From: an uncultured delta proteobacterium
Lineage (GTDB): Bacteria > Desulfobacterota > Binatia > UBA9968
DNA: 64,000 nt
Reading direction: 5' to 3'
NCBI GenBank assembly: GCA_963737905.1
Contig: CAVTUQ010000022.1
Location: 128,001 to 192,000 of the forward strand
The position numbers were made by a program, and so were the translations under genes. Positions 8,920 to 18,333 of the stretch are shown here, in pieces; within the stretch, counting starts at the first letter, position 1, and each line of letters opens with the position of its first letter. Under the pieces are notes generated by a model. The model searched no databases. It was not told the DNA's origin and worked only from the letters and a program-made list of their open reading frames with translations.

Positions 8920-10383
8920 CTAGACCTTCGGCAGCCGGTCGAGCAGGGCCCGCGGAATGAAATCTTCGAGCCGGGTTTTCTCCATGGCGGTTTTCGGCAC
9001 CGTGACGCGGGCTTCGTAGGGACGCTGGACCGGCTTCGTGGCGTCGATGATCATCTTCGCGGTCATGATGTTGTCGGTCTGCGAAGGATCCAGCGTGTTT
9101 CCCTTGACGTTTTTGATGACGTCCACGTCCTGGTCCGCTTGCACGCGCGTGGCCACGGCCCACATGACTTCCTCTTCGTTATAGATATCGATATCGGCAT
9201 CGACGACGACGACATGCTTGACGAAGTCGCATCCTCCCAACGCGGCCAATGCTGCTTGTTTAGTCTCGCCGTCGACTTTTTTGTCGATGGAGATGTAGCA
9301 GTTAAAGCGACAACCGCCTGACATCGGGAAATGCACGGCCTTGACCGTCGGCACGACGCCGCGAATCAGATTAAAGAGGCTTCCCTCTTTGGGGATGCCG
9401 CCGAGCACCCAGGTGTCACGGTGGCCGGTAAAGATATGCTGAAAAATCGCGTCGCTGCGGTGCGTGATGGCGCTCACTTCGATGACGTTGCGAAGCCGCT
9501 GCGGGCCGTAGTAGCCGGTAAATTCGCCGAAGGGTCCCTCCACTTCCTTCACATTGGCAAGCACATGGCCTTCGATCACCATTTCGGCGTCGGCCGGGAC
9601 CAAGAAATCTTCTCCCAAAGTTTCTGACGGCGTGAGCCTGAGCGGCGCTCCCATGATGGCGCCGACTTTGGCGTAATCATCGACGCCGAATGGCGAGACG
9701 TTCAGCGATCCCAAATAAAATGCCGGATGATGGCTAATGACGATAGCGACAGGCGTCGGGCGGTTTTTCTCTTCGTTCTTACGGTGGATTTGCCAGTTGT
9801 GTCGCGGCGACATGTGCAGGCCCAGCTTCCTTGGGCCTTTGACCATGTTGCGCTGGAAAGCAATATTGTAGAAGCCTTCGTCGGGATCCTTCATCACCGG
9901 CGTCATGTCGATGTACGGCGCCGGGTCCATGGCGTGGTGCCGGACTACGGGGAGGTCGTAAATATTTGCTTCTTCGCCGCGCTTGACGACTTGTTTGACC
10001 GGCGCCTCCTTCGCAGGGATCATTACCGGCGGAAGCAGCCTGTCCTCGCGCCGGGCATACTCGAGGCTGAGCGGTAGCTCGCTTTCGTTGGGTTTCATGC
10101 CGAGAGACAGCGCGCAACGTTCGCCCTCGTTGGGTTTCATGCCGAGAGATAAAGCGCAGCGCTGGCGGGTCGCAAAGACATTGCTCAGCAGGGGAACGCA
10201 AGGGTTTGCCGTCCATAGATCGAGCGGTTTTCAAAGAACAGGACGGGAAATTTTTTTTGATTCTCGAGATGCTGCAGCAGAGCGGTGACTTCGAATTGAT
10301 GGGGCGCGATAGTTCGCTCAATGCGAACAAAATCATAGGGCAGCCGTTCTTGAAGATCGTCGAGGAAAGCCTCTGAGATCCAT
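8920..10383 (-). CDS. UbiD-family decarboxylase/carboxylase, copy 2 (indels in the 5' part)
   Basis: ATG at 10383 reads MDLRGF.., shifted frame FEVTALLQHLENQKKFP; main ORF has EGPFGEFTGY, VVVVDADIDI, LDPS, KMIIDAT. Confidence 0.88.
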
Positions 10384-10434
10384 GCTACATAGTCGTAACT
10401 CCGCTACATGCCGGTTTACTTCCTGGTCTAGCAG

Positions 10435-10550
10435 GAAGCTGAGAAGCTTTCTCGGAGTCCCGGAGCTCAGGACGAACGAAAAGAGTTGATGTCAGATTTT
10501 TTCCGTTCATGCTGAGGTACTCGAAGCATTCCTAACTTTTCATCAGTACT
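10435..10550. repeat. REP-like palindromic element overlapping the FAD-subunit stop region
   Basis: ctcaggacgaacg ... ccgttcatgctgag inverted arms followed by tcgaagcat. Confidence 0.6.
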
Positions 10551-11544
10551 CTGATCTTCTAACCCTGCCACTTGCGCTAAGGCTCTCTGCGTATACACCT
10601 TTGCCATGCGCTTCCGATACCAATAATCCAAATCGGCGTTGTCCAGCGGATGGGAAATTTTTGCCGCGGCATCCGCGACGGCGTCAATCAGCTCCTTTGT
10701 GATTTTCTTACCCTGAAGCAACGTCGATGCTTCAGCGACGACTTTCGGCGCCGACGCGACGGCGGTTAACACCACTCTTGCATGACGGCATTCGCCTTGT
10801 TCGTCAGTCTCCATCGTTGCGGCGACGCCCAAGATCGGAAAATCGAAGGAGCCACGGCGGCGCAATTTAAGATAGACATTGCGCCGTGCCAAGCTTTCCC
10901 GCGGAATGAGTAATCCCTTCAGCACTTCGTCTTTGGCTTTGGCCGAATAATCAATTCCGTCGTCGATATACAATTCTTCGAGCTTGCCTCGCCGCTCGCC
11001 ATTTTTGCTTACCAGGATAGCCTCGGCTCCCAGACTCACGAGAACGGGCGCAGTGTCCGACGAGGCGATCGCCAGGCACTTTGCGCTACCGGGAGCAACT
11101 AAACAAATCTCGCCCGTCCTTTTTCATGCAGAAGCCCACTGCCTGGCGCCAGAAGAAAGTCTGATCGTAGTAATTGCAGCGCGTGTCGACGAGAACATTG
11201 CCGCCGATAGTGCCCATGTTGCGCAATTGTGGCGTGGAGACAGATTCCGCCGCGTGGGCGAGAGCGGGAAAATGTTTGGCGATGAGTCGATGATTCGCAA
11301 CCGCTGTCAGACTTTCGCCGGCGCCGATCCAAAGACCTTCCTTGCTCTGACGAATCCCTTTCAGCTCGCGCAGGTTTCTTAGCGAGATTAAATGCCTCGG
11401 CGTGAATTGCCCACGCTTCATTTTTGGATACACGTCCGTGCCCCCGGCCACGAGCATCGCATCGGTGCCCAATTCGGCCAATGCTTTGGTTGCCTGTTTC
11501 AGCGAGCGCGGTTGGATGTAGTTAAACTCTGGTAGTCGAAGCAT
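10467..11544 (-). CDS. Xanthine-dehydrogenase-family FAD subunit with [4Fe-4S] insert (HcrB-like); indel at ~11114
   Basis: AGGTD, RNMGTIGGN; repaired insert RCNYYDQTFFWRQAVGFCMKKDGEICLVAPGSAKC has 4 Cys; KLRRRGSFDF. Confidence 0.85.
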
Positions 11545-11706
11545 GGTTCGACTTTATTTAAACTCTGCGATCATGGCAAACTTCACTCTGCCACTGGCGA
11601 TAGCGAGCGCGAGTCGAATCCGAATCTCCCTCGTCCCGCCGTCCGGGAGAGGGCAAGGATGATGGCCGAATCCGACCAAAATCGCCCGAGGATGTTCAGT
11701 TTAACC

Positions 11707-14082
11707 TCAACTCTTTTGCGTCACTTCGATACCTTCGCCAGGTTGCCATTTTATCGGCGTGGGAAATTTAAAATCAGGAATTGACACCGCCTTCAATCGC
11801 CCTTCGAGAGCTCGAAGAATTTTGTCCGGTGTGATCGGAACTTCATGGATACGCACTCCAATGGCGTCGTAGACGGCGTTCGCGACCGCAGGAACCACAG
11901 GCAACAGCGGCCCCTGGCCGGCTTCCTTCGCTCCGTAGGGTCCTTCCGGATCGTTGGTTTCCACCAGGATCGTTTCGATCTCCGGTGTTTCCAGTGTGGT
12001 CGGACTCTTGTATTCCAAAATCGATGGTATTTTATGCAGTCCGTTTTTGCGAAAAATTTGCTCCTCCATCAGCGCTTCGCCGAGAGCCATATAAACGCTG
12101 CCTTCGGTTTGACCTTCGACGAGCAGCGGATTAAAGGCGCGTCCGCAATCGTGCGCGATCCAGACTTTATCTATTTTGATTTGGCCCGTAATGCTGTCGC
12201 AGTGAAGCTCGACGATAGAGGTAGAAAAGCTGTAGGACGGCGTGGGACCGACTCCCGAGCCTTTGAAATCACGCGGATTCTTCGGCGGCCAGTAGCTGCC
12301 GGTGGCGCCGAGCGTCCCATATTTTCCCTCGGCCTTGGTCACCGCGTCAGCGAAGCTCATGCCACGTTCGGGGAAGCTTGAGCTGCGAATCTTGCCGTCG
12401 GCGAATTCGAGATCGTCCGGCGGTACTTCCAGCGCTTTACTCGCCGCTTCGAGCAGCATGGGTTTGAGCTTGCCGCAGGCCTGCACCGCGGCGTTGCCGG
12501 TCATCACAGTCACCCGGCTGGAATAACTGCCTAGGTCCACCGGCGTCAAATCCGTATCGGCGGTCAACACTCTGATGTCGGCAGGATCGATGCCGAACTC
12601 TTCCGCGACGGCATAAGCGAGAATGGAGTCGGATCCCTGGCCGATATCTATGGAGCCGCAAAACACCGCGACTCCGCCGCTGCGGTCGAGTTTGATCTGC
12701 ACGCCGGAGTGGGGCATGTCGTTCCAGTAAATCGGCAAGCCCGCGCCGCTGATATAAGAGCTGGCCGCGAAACCGACGCCGTGGCCAAAGGGAAGCTTGC
12801 GGAATTTATTCTTCCACTCGGCGCGCTCGGCGACGCGCTCGCTGCATTCGCGTAGTCCGGTGGTGCTCACCCGCAGGCCGTTGATGGTCGTTGTGTTGGG
12901 CTCCACAAGCTGTTTAAGCCGGAGATCGATGGGATCGATGCCAAGCTTTTCGGCGATTTCGTCCAGTTGAATCTCCAGAGCAAAGCGCGGCTGCGGCGTG
13001 CCGTGACCCCGCTTTGGCCCGCAGGCGGGCTTGTTGGTGAAGACGCGCACGCCTTCGAACTTGTAAGCCGGCACTTTGTAGGTGACCGTCTGCAGCGCGC
13101 CGGTATAGTAGACGGTCGCCAATCCATAGCTGCTGTAGCCGCCGCCATCGAGAAAAGTCTTATACTGCATCGCCTGAATCGTACCGTCGTTCTTCACGCC
13201 GGTCTTTGCAAACATCTTGACCGGGTGTCTGCCGCGGTGGACATAGAAGGATTCCTCGCGGGTAAGCGTGATTTTCACCGGTCTTCGCGTGATCATGGAG
13301 AGTTTGGCCACTGCGATCTCGTGCGAAAAAGGATCGCTCTTGCCGCCGAAACCGCCTCCCACGGGAGTCGCAACTACACGGATGCGGCTTGCGGGAAGTT
13401 TCAGAACCTTGGCCAAAGCGCGGTGGAGATAATGGGGCGTCTGGGTTGAAGACCAAACCGTGAGCTTATCGTCCGGTCCATGGAAACCCACGGCACAATA
13501 CTGTTCCATGGGCAGGTGGGTGTTGCCCTGATAGAAAAAAGTTCCCTCGAAAATGTGGTCCGAGTGGGCGAATCCGCCTTCGATGTCGCCGAATTCGAAG
13601 GACACGGCCTTTTGAATATTGGCCTGCCGGTTCCACGTGTGAATCCGTTCACTCTCCTCTGTGGAGGCCAGCGCCTCTTCGATAGTGAGAATCGGTTTCA
13701 GAACTTCATATTCGACGTCGAGGTAGCCAAGCGCCTTTTCGGCTAGGCTCTCGCTGGCTGCCGCTACCGCCGCCACCGGATCGCCTGCGTAACGCGCCTT
13801 GTCGGTGACAAGCGTCTCCTCGTCCTGGGTCGAAGGCATGATGCCGAACTTTTCCGGCAAGTCTTCGCCGGTGATCACGGCGAACACGCCTTCGAGCTGG
13901 AGCGCCCGCGTGGCATTGATGCTGAGGACGCGCGCGTGGGGGTGGGGGCTCCGCAAAAGTTTCGCATAAGTCATACGGGGAAGATTGAGATCATCCGCAA
14001 AGACCGTCTCGCCCGCGCACTTGGCCATCGCATCGATCTTGCGGAGCGGTTTTCCGATCACCGAGAAGTTTTTCTTTTTCAT
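11707..14082 (-). CDS. Xanthine-dehydrogenase-family molybdopterin subunit (HcrA-like)
   Basis: RSPHPHA, VGGGFGGK, RGRHP, PKRGHG, IGQGS, GSYSSR, EGQTEG, GPYGAKEAGQG. Confidence 0.88.
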   Translation of the reverse strand: MKKKNFSVIGKPLRKIDAMAKCAGETVFADDLNLPRMTYAKLLRSPHPHARVLSINATRALQLEGVFAVITGEDLPEKFGIMPSTQDEETLVTDKARYAGDPVAAVAAASESLAEKALGYLDVEYEVLKPILTIEEALASTEESERIHTWNRQANIQKAVSFEFGDIEGGFAHSDHIFEGTFFYQGNTHLPMEQYCAVGFHGPDDKLTVWSSTQTPHYLHRALAKVLKLPASRIRVVATPVGGGFGGKSDPFSHEIAVAKLSMITRRPVKITLTREESFYVHRGRHPVKMFAKTGVKNDGTIQAMQYKTFLDGGGYSSYGLATVYYTGALQTVTYKVPAYKFEGVRVFTNKPACGPKRGHGTPQPRFALEIQLDEIAEKLGIDPIDLRLKQLVEPNTTTINGLRVSTTGLRECSERVAERAEWKNKFRKLPFGHGVGFAASSYISGAGLPIYWNDMPHSGVQIKLDRSGGVAVFCGSIDIGQGSDSILAYAVAEEFGIDPADIRVLTADTDLTPVDLGSYSSRVTVMTGNAAVQACGKLKPMLLEAASKALEVPPDDLEFADGKIRSSSFPERGMSFADAVTKAEGKYGTLGATGSYWPPKNPRDFKGSGVGPTPSYSFSTSIVELHCDSITGQIKIDKVWIAHDCGRAFNPLLVEGQTEGSVYMALGEALMEEQIFRKNGLHKIPSILEYKSPTTLETPEIETILVETNDPEGPYGAKEAGQGPLLPVVPAVANAVYDAIGVRIHEVPITPDKILRALEGRLKAVSIPDFKFPTPIKWQPGEGIEVTQKS

Positions 14083-14142
14083 GACGTTTCGCTTTTGCTA
14101 TACAGTCAATTCAGTCTGGGATCTTTGAACGCGAGTGAAATC

Positions 14143-14231
14143 AGATCCTTCGCTGTGCTCAGGATGAAGAGAAAGGATACCGAATGAAAAGCCGTCCGGC
14201 CGTCATTCTGAGCCGCAGGCGAAGAATCTCG
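14143..14231. repeat. REP doublet (REPIN-like)
   Basis: agatccttcgctgtgctcaggatga and gtcattctgagccgcaggcgaagaatct are inverted copies, between the FeS and Mo subunit genes. Confidence 0.7.
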
Positions 14232-14265
14232 TCTTTTTACATCATAGCCGTAGCTTCATTTTGCC

Positions 14266-14775
14266 TTACCCGGCATATTGCTTGGCAGCGAACTCGACCG
14301 CTTGCAAAATTTTTGTATAGCCGGTGCAGCGACAGAGATTTCCAGACAGGGCTTGGCGAATCTCGTCGCGAGTCGGCTGCGGGTTCTTGTCTAACAGGGC
14401 CTTGGCGGTGAGGAGTATTCCGGGAATGCAATAGCCGCATTGTGCTGCGCCAAGATCCGCGAAGGCCGTCTGCAGCGGATGGGGTTTGCCATTCTGTACC
14501 ATGCCTTCCACCGTGACGATTTCGGTGTTTTCCGCTTCGATGCCCAGCATCAGACACGACAGTACCGGCGCGCCATCAACAAGCACCGCGCAAGTACCGC
14601 ACTCTCCCAGCTCGCAACCATGTTTGGTGCCGGTGAGACCCATGTCCTCACGCAGCACCTCTAACAACGTCTTGTTGATCTCAGTGGCGACTTCCTTTGT
14701 CTCGCCGTTGACCCGGAGCTGGAGTAGCGTTTTCGCCAGCTTGCCGTCCGTTCGGTTCTTTTTGCTTATTCTCAT
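14266..14775 (-). CDS. 2x[2Fe-2S] small subunit (HcrC/CoxS-like)
   Basis: GTKHGCELGECGTC, QCGYC, GNLCRCTGY. Confidence 0.92.
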   Translation of the reverse strand: MRISKKNRTDGKLAKTLLQLRVNGETKEVATEINKTLLEVLREDMGLTGTKHGCELGECGTCAVLVDGAPVLSCLMLGIEAENTEIVTVEGMVQNGKPHPLQTAFADLGAAQCGYCIPGILLTAKALLDKNPQPTRDEIRQALSGNLCRCTGYTKILQAVEFAAKQYAG

Positions 14776-14896
14776 GCCCGTTCTGACTAGGGCTGAGCGG
14801 TTTTACTTGGCTTACATTGCGTCTTTGCGCGAGATTATTCTTGTCCTATCGTTTTCCGAAAATGTAACGCGGACTCCCTTATAGTCACACCCGCCC

Positions 14897-16183
14897 CTAC
14901 AACTTGAAGAATCTTTTAGCCTTGAGTTCGAATCTCGGCAAGGTTCCCGGCGCAACCCGTTCAACTTGAGGGCGAAGGCCGATGCGCTCACGTATGCGTC
15001 GGCTCACGTTCTCCGCCAGCAATCCAGTGGAACTCTGGTCGGCGCATGGCTCTATGATGATCCTGAGCTCTTTCATCGCTTCTTTTTCAAAGACTTCCAC
15101 GCGAAACTCTTCGATCTCAGGAAATTCCCGCATGACGTTTTCAATCGCGCTCGGGAACACGTTTACACCGCGGAGAATAACCATATCATCGACCCGCCCT
15201 AACACGCCACCTTGCAAGAGCAAAAACGGCCTGCCGCATGGACACGACTGGTAACTGGGTTGAACTAGATCGCCGGTTCTATATCGGATGACGGGACTGC
15301 CGATCCTGCCGAGATTAGTAATAACCAGTTCACCTTTTTCTCCTTCGGAAACCCCTTTCCCGGTGTCGGGGTCCAGGATCTCGGCAATGAATTCACTTTC
15401 GTTAACGTGGACGGCTCCGGATTGACATTCAAATGCGAAAGCGCCGACCTCGGTGGCGCCGGGGTGATCAAAGCATTTTGCTCCCCACAATTCTTCAATC
15501 ATTTTTTTGGTACTGGGGATACTTGCCCCGGGCTCGCCGGCATGGATGGTGATCTTAATAGCGGACTCTCGCGCCAGATCGATTCCTGTTTTTTTCGCTT
15601 CCGAAGCCATATGTAGCGCATACGTCGGCGTGCAGACAAGCACCGTAGCCCCGTAATCAATTATCGTCTTAAATCGCTGCGACGTCGATTGACCTCCGCC
15701 GGAAATAGCCATGGCTCCTAGCTTTCGCGCTCCCTCCCAGCCCGCCCAAAAACCGATAAAAGGACCAAAAGAAAATGCAAAGTAGATTCGATCCCCAGGA
15801 TGAACGCCCGCCGCTTCAAAGATGACCTTCCAACATGCCGCCCACCAATCCCAGGATTCTTCGGTATCGAGCCAGTACATCGGTTTTCCCGTCGTGCCCG
15901 AGGTCTGATGGATTCGGATGTAACGTTCCAGCGAAAACGTTAACCCGGTGCCAAAGGGGGGATAAAGCACCTGATTCTCGACCAGCTCGCTCTTTTTCGT
16001 AAGAGGCAGACTCTTCAACGTCTCCATGGAGACGATATCGGAAAATTCACGTGCCGAAAACTTCTTTCGGTAAAACGCGTTCGCCGGCAGAGCTAGTTGA
16101 AGCATTTCACCGAGTCGATCGAGCTGTCGGTGCTCCAGCGCGCTGCGGCTGCTTAGTGTATTCATAGGATCCGTCAGCGCCAT
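14897..16183 (-). CDS. Phenylacetate-CoA ligase family protein (PaaK-like)
   Basis: QTSGTTGKP, CTPTYAL, AGEPG, YRTGD, GRVDDMVILRGVNVFPS. Confidence 0.88.
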   Translation of the reverse strand: MALTDPMNTLSSRSALEHRQLDRLGEMLQLALPANAFYRKKFSAREFSDIVSMETLKSLPLTKKSELVENQVLYPPFGTGLTFSLERYIRIHQTSGTTGKPMYWLDTEESWDWWAACWKVIFEAAGVHPGDRIYFAFSFGPFIGFWAGWEGARKLGAMAISGGGQSTSQRFKTIIDYGATVLVCTPTYALHMASEAKKTGIDLARESAIKITIHAGEPGASIPSTKKMIEELWGAKCFDHPGATEVGAFAFECQSGAVHVNESEFIAEILDPDTGKGVSEGEKGELVITNLGRIGSPVIRYRTGDLVQPSYQSCPCGRPFLLLQGGVLGRVDDMVILRGVNVFPSAIENVMREFPEIEEFRVEVFEKEAMKELRIIIEPCADQSSTGLLAENVSRRIRERIGLRPQVERVAPGTLPRFELKAKRFFKL

Positions 16184-16383
16184 CCTAGCCTCGGTATGAA
16201 GCCGATTCAAGGCAATTTATTGAGCCCGTGATGAACTGCCCGCCTCGATATTTCCCGCATGAGCAAACAACCGATAAATCGTGGCTTGCCGTGGACCCCG
16301 CGTTTGTTGTAAACGTCTAGCCGGTCGCACGTGTAGCGAGTGGATCGGATGCCTGTGTGACAGACTCGCGCGACGGAGGACGT

Positions 16384-17370
16384 ATGGTTATCTCTTTTCG
16401 AATCGCAGTTGTGCTTCTGGTCTGTGTCGTGGTTTCCTCTGCGGTGATCGCACAGGAGAAACCCAAGATCTTTTTAGGGGCTTCGAGCAAGACTCTGGGT
16501 TACAGCCCGCTCTGGGTCGGCGCGAGAAAGGGTTTCTTCGAGCAGCAAGGTTTAGATGTGCAGTTGGTGTTGTTGCGCGGGATGCCGATGACCGTTCAGG
16601 CTCTTTCGGCGGGGTCTTTGCATATTGGCTCTGGGGGCGCTGAACCCTATATCGATGCATCGGAGCGGGGCCTGGATTTTATCCTCACCGGCGGCGTCAT
16701 CAACGGCACGGCGCAATTCATTATCGCAGCGAAAAATATCAAGACTTATGAAGACCTCCGGGGGGCCACCTTTGGCACGGCGTCATTGACTGGCGGTACG
16801 ATTACGGTGCTGCGCGAGGCGCTGAAGTTGAAAGGGTTGGAATACCCGCGCGATTATAAACTGTTGATCATCGCCGGGGGCTCGGCGACCAACCTTGCGG
16901 CGTTGCAGTCGGGCCAAATCAGCGCCACCACCGTCGCAGTGCCGTTGAATTATGCCGCAGAAGAAGCCGGTTTCAATGTCATCGGCAAGCTTTCGGACGG
17001 TGTTCCCTATTTTCAAACCAACGTCATCGCAACGCGAAGAAGTTGGGCGGAAAAGAACCGCCCCGTGATGGTGCGTTTCATGCGAGCGATGGTGGAGTCG
17101 CTGCGCTGGCTGCACGAAAACAGAGAAGCTGCCATCGACTTTCTGGCCAAAGAGATGCAACTCAAGCCGGTTCACGCCCGCAAGGGTTGGGAGTTTTATA
17201 CGCAGAATCGCTTCTGGCCGCCCGACGGCGAAGTCACTATGGAAGGACTCAAGTACAATATCCGCATTTACGCCGAGCAAACGGGCGCGAAAGGGCCGCT
17301 GCCCGAGCCCAGTAAATACGTGGACCAGAGTTATCTGTCCGAGGCGTTGAAACAGATCGATAAGCGATGA
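16384..17370 (+). CDS. NMT1/THI5/SsuA-like ABC substrate-binding protein
   Basis: Signal peptide, KGFFEQQGLDV, EDLRGATFG, AALQSGQI. Confidence 0.82.
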   Translation: MVISFRIAVVLLVCVVVSSAVIAQEKPKIFLGASSKTLGYSPLWVGARKGFFEQQGLDVQLVLLRGMPMTVQALSAGSLHIGSGGAEPYIDASERGLDFILTGGVINGTAQFIIAAKNIKTYEDLRGATFGTASLTGGTITVLREALKLKGLEYPRDYKLLIIAGGSATNLAALQSGQISATTVAVPLNYAAEEAGFNVIGKLSDGVPYFQTNVIATRRSWAEKNRPVMVRFMRAMVESLRWLHENREAAIDFLAKEMQLKPVHARKGWEFYTQNRFWPPDGEVTMEGLKYNIRIYAEQTGAKGPLPEPSKYVDQSYLSEALKQIDKR

Positions 17371-17504
17371 GACGAGCGAGTAACGAGAGCGCGGCATAGG
17401 ACGTGATACGAATAGCCAGTTATCATAAGTAGGGAAATTGGAATCCGAGAATTTGAAGTTTGGCAGCAGACTCGTTCGCTTCGGTTAGCTAAAATCTCTA
17501 TTTG

Positions 17505-18092
17505 TTATTCCCTGGGCCGCCACATGTACCAGGTCGGAGTGCCGATAAGCAGCTCTTCGCGCCGCACAACGAATCCGAACGTTTTGTAGAATTCAACATT
17601 TTCCGGTTTGTCGGTTTCGAGATAGCCGGCGGATCGCTCCTGATCGAGATGCTCGATGTAACGATTCATCAATGCCGTGCCGATTCCTTGTCCCTGAGCC
17701 TCGGGAGCTACGCCGATGGGTCCCAGGTGGACGTGCGGTTCGTCAGGGTCGAGATGGCACCATCGAGCAAACCACTTGATGACCTGCGGAATTGCCTCGC
17801 CGAGAGGTTTCAATAGGGTTGTAACCGCCAGCGGAATCTCTTCTGGCGCCGGGAGACAATAGGGCGACGCGTTAAAGTGGATATAGCCCAGGACTCGACC
17901 CTCTCCCAACGCGACAAAGGCTTGGCCGGCGAACATATGCCGGAGGCCGATGCGGAAAAACAATCGATTTTGATCGATGCGTTGCGAGCCGAAAGCCGAG
18001 ACATGAAGGGGGTTGGTAACAAACGCCTCGGCTAGCATGGATACCGTAGTGTCCAATCGTTCAGCGGAATACTTTTGAATTGTAGGTGTCAT
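17505..18092 (-). CDS. GNAT N-acetyltransferase
   Basis: [35 protein letters not shown]. Confidence 0.85.
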   Translation of the reverse strand: MTPTIQKYSAERLDTTVSMLAEAFVTNPLHVSAFGSQRIDQNRLFFRIGLRHMFAGQAFVALGEGRVLGYIHFNASPYCLPAPEEIPLAVTTLLKPLGEAIPQVIKWFARWCHLDPDEPHVHLGPIGVAPEAQGQGIGTALMNRYIEHLDQERSAGYLETDKPENVEFYKTFGFVVRREELLIGTPTWYMWRPRE

Positions 18093-18333
18093 ACTTATTC
18101 CTGCTCCGACGGGATCTAAAAGGATTATTGCTATCCCGCCTCCCTGGATCATCCGGGAGAGGCTTACCGAAATGCTAGCATCTCTTTGGCCATTTTTTAA
18201 AAGCTTAGCCACTGTCTCGCGAAGCTCGCGGGGCCGTTTCACGGCTGTTTTTCAAGTTCGAATCTTCCCTGTTGCTTTATCCCCCCACCCTCGCTACAAA
18301 ATACTTAGTCTCAGACCTGTAAAGGAGATCCCT

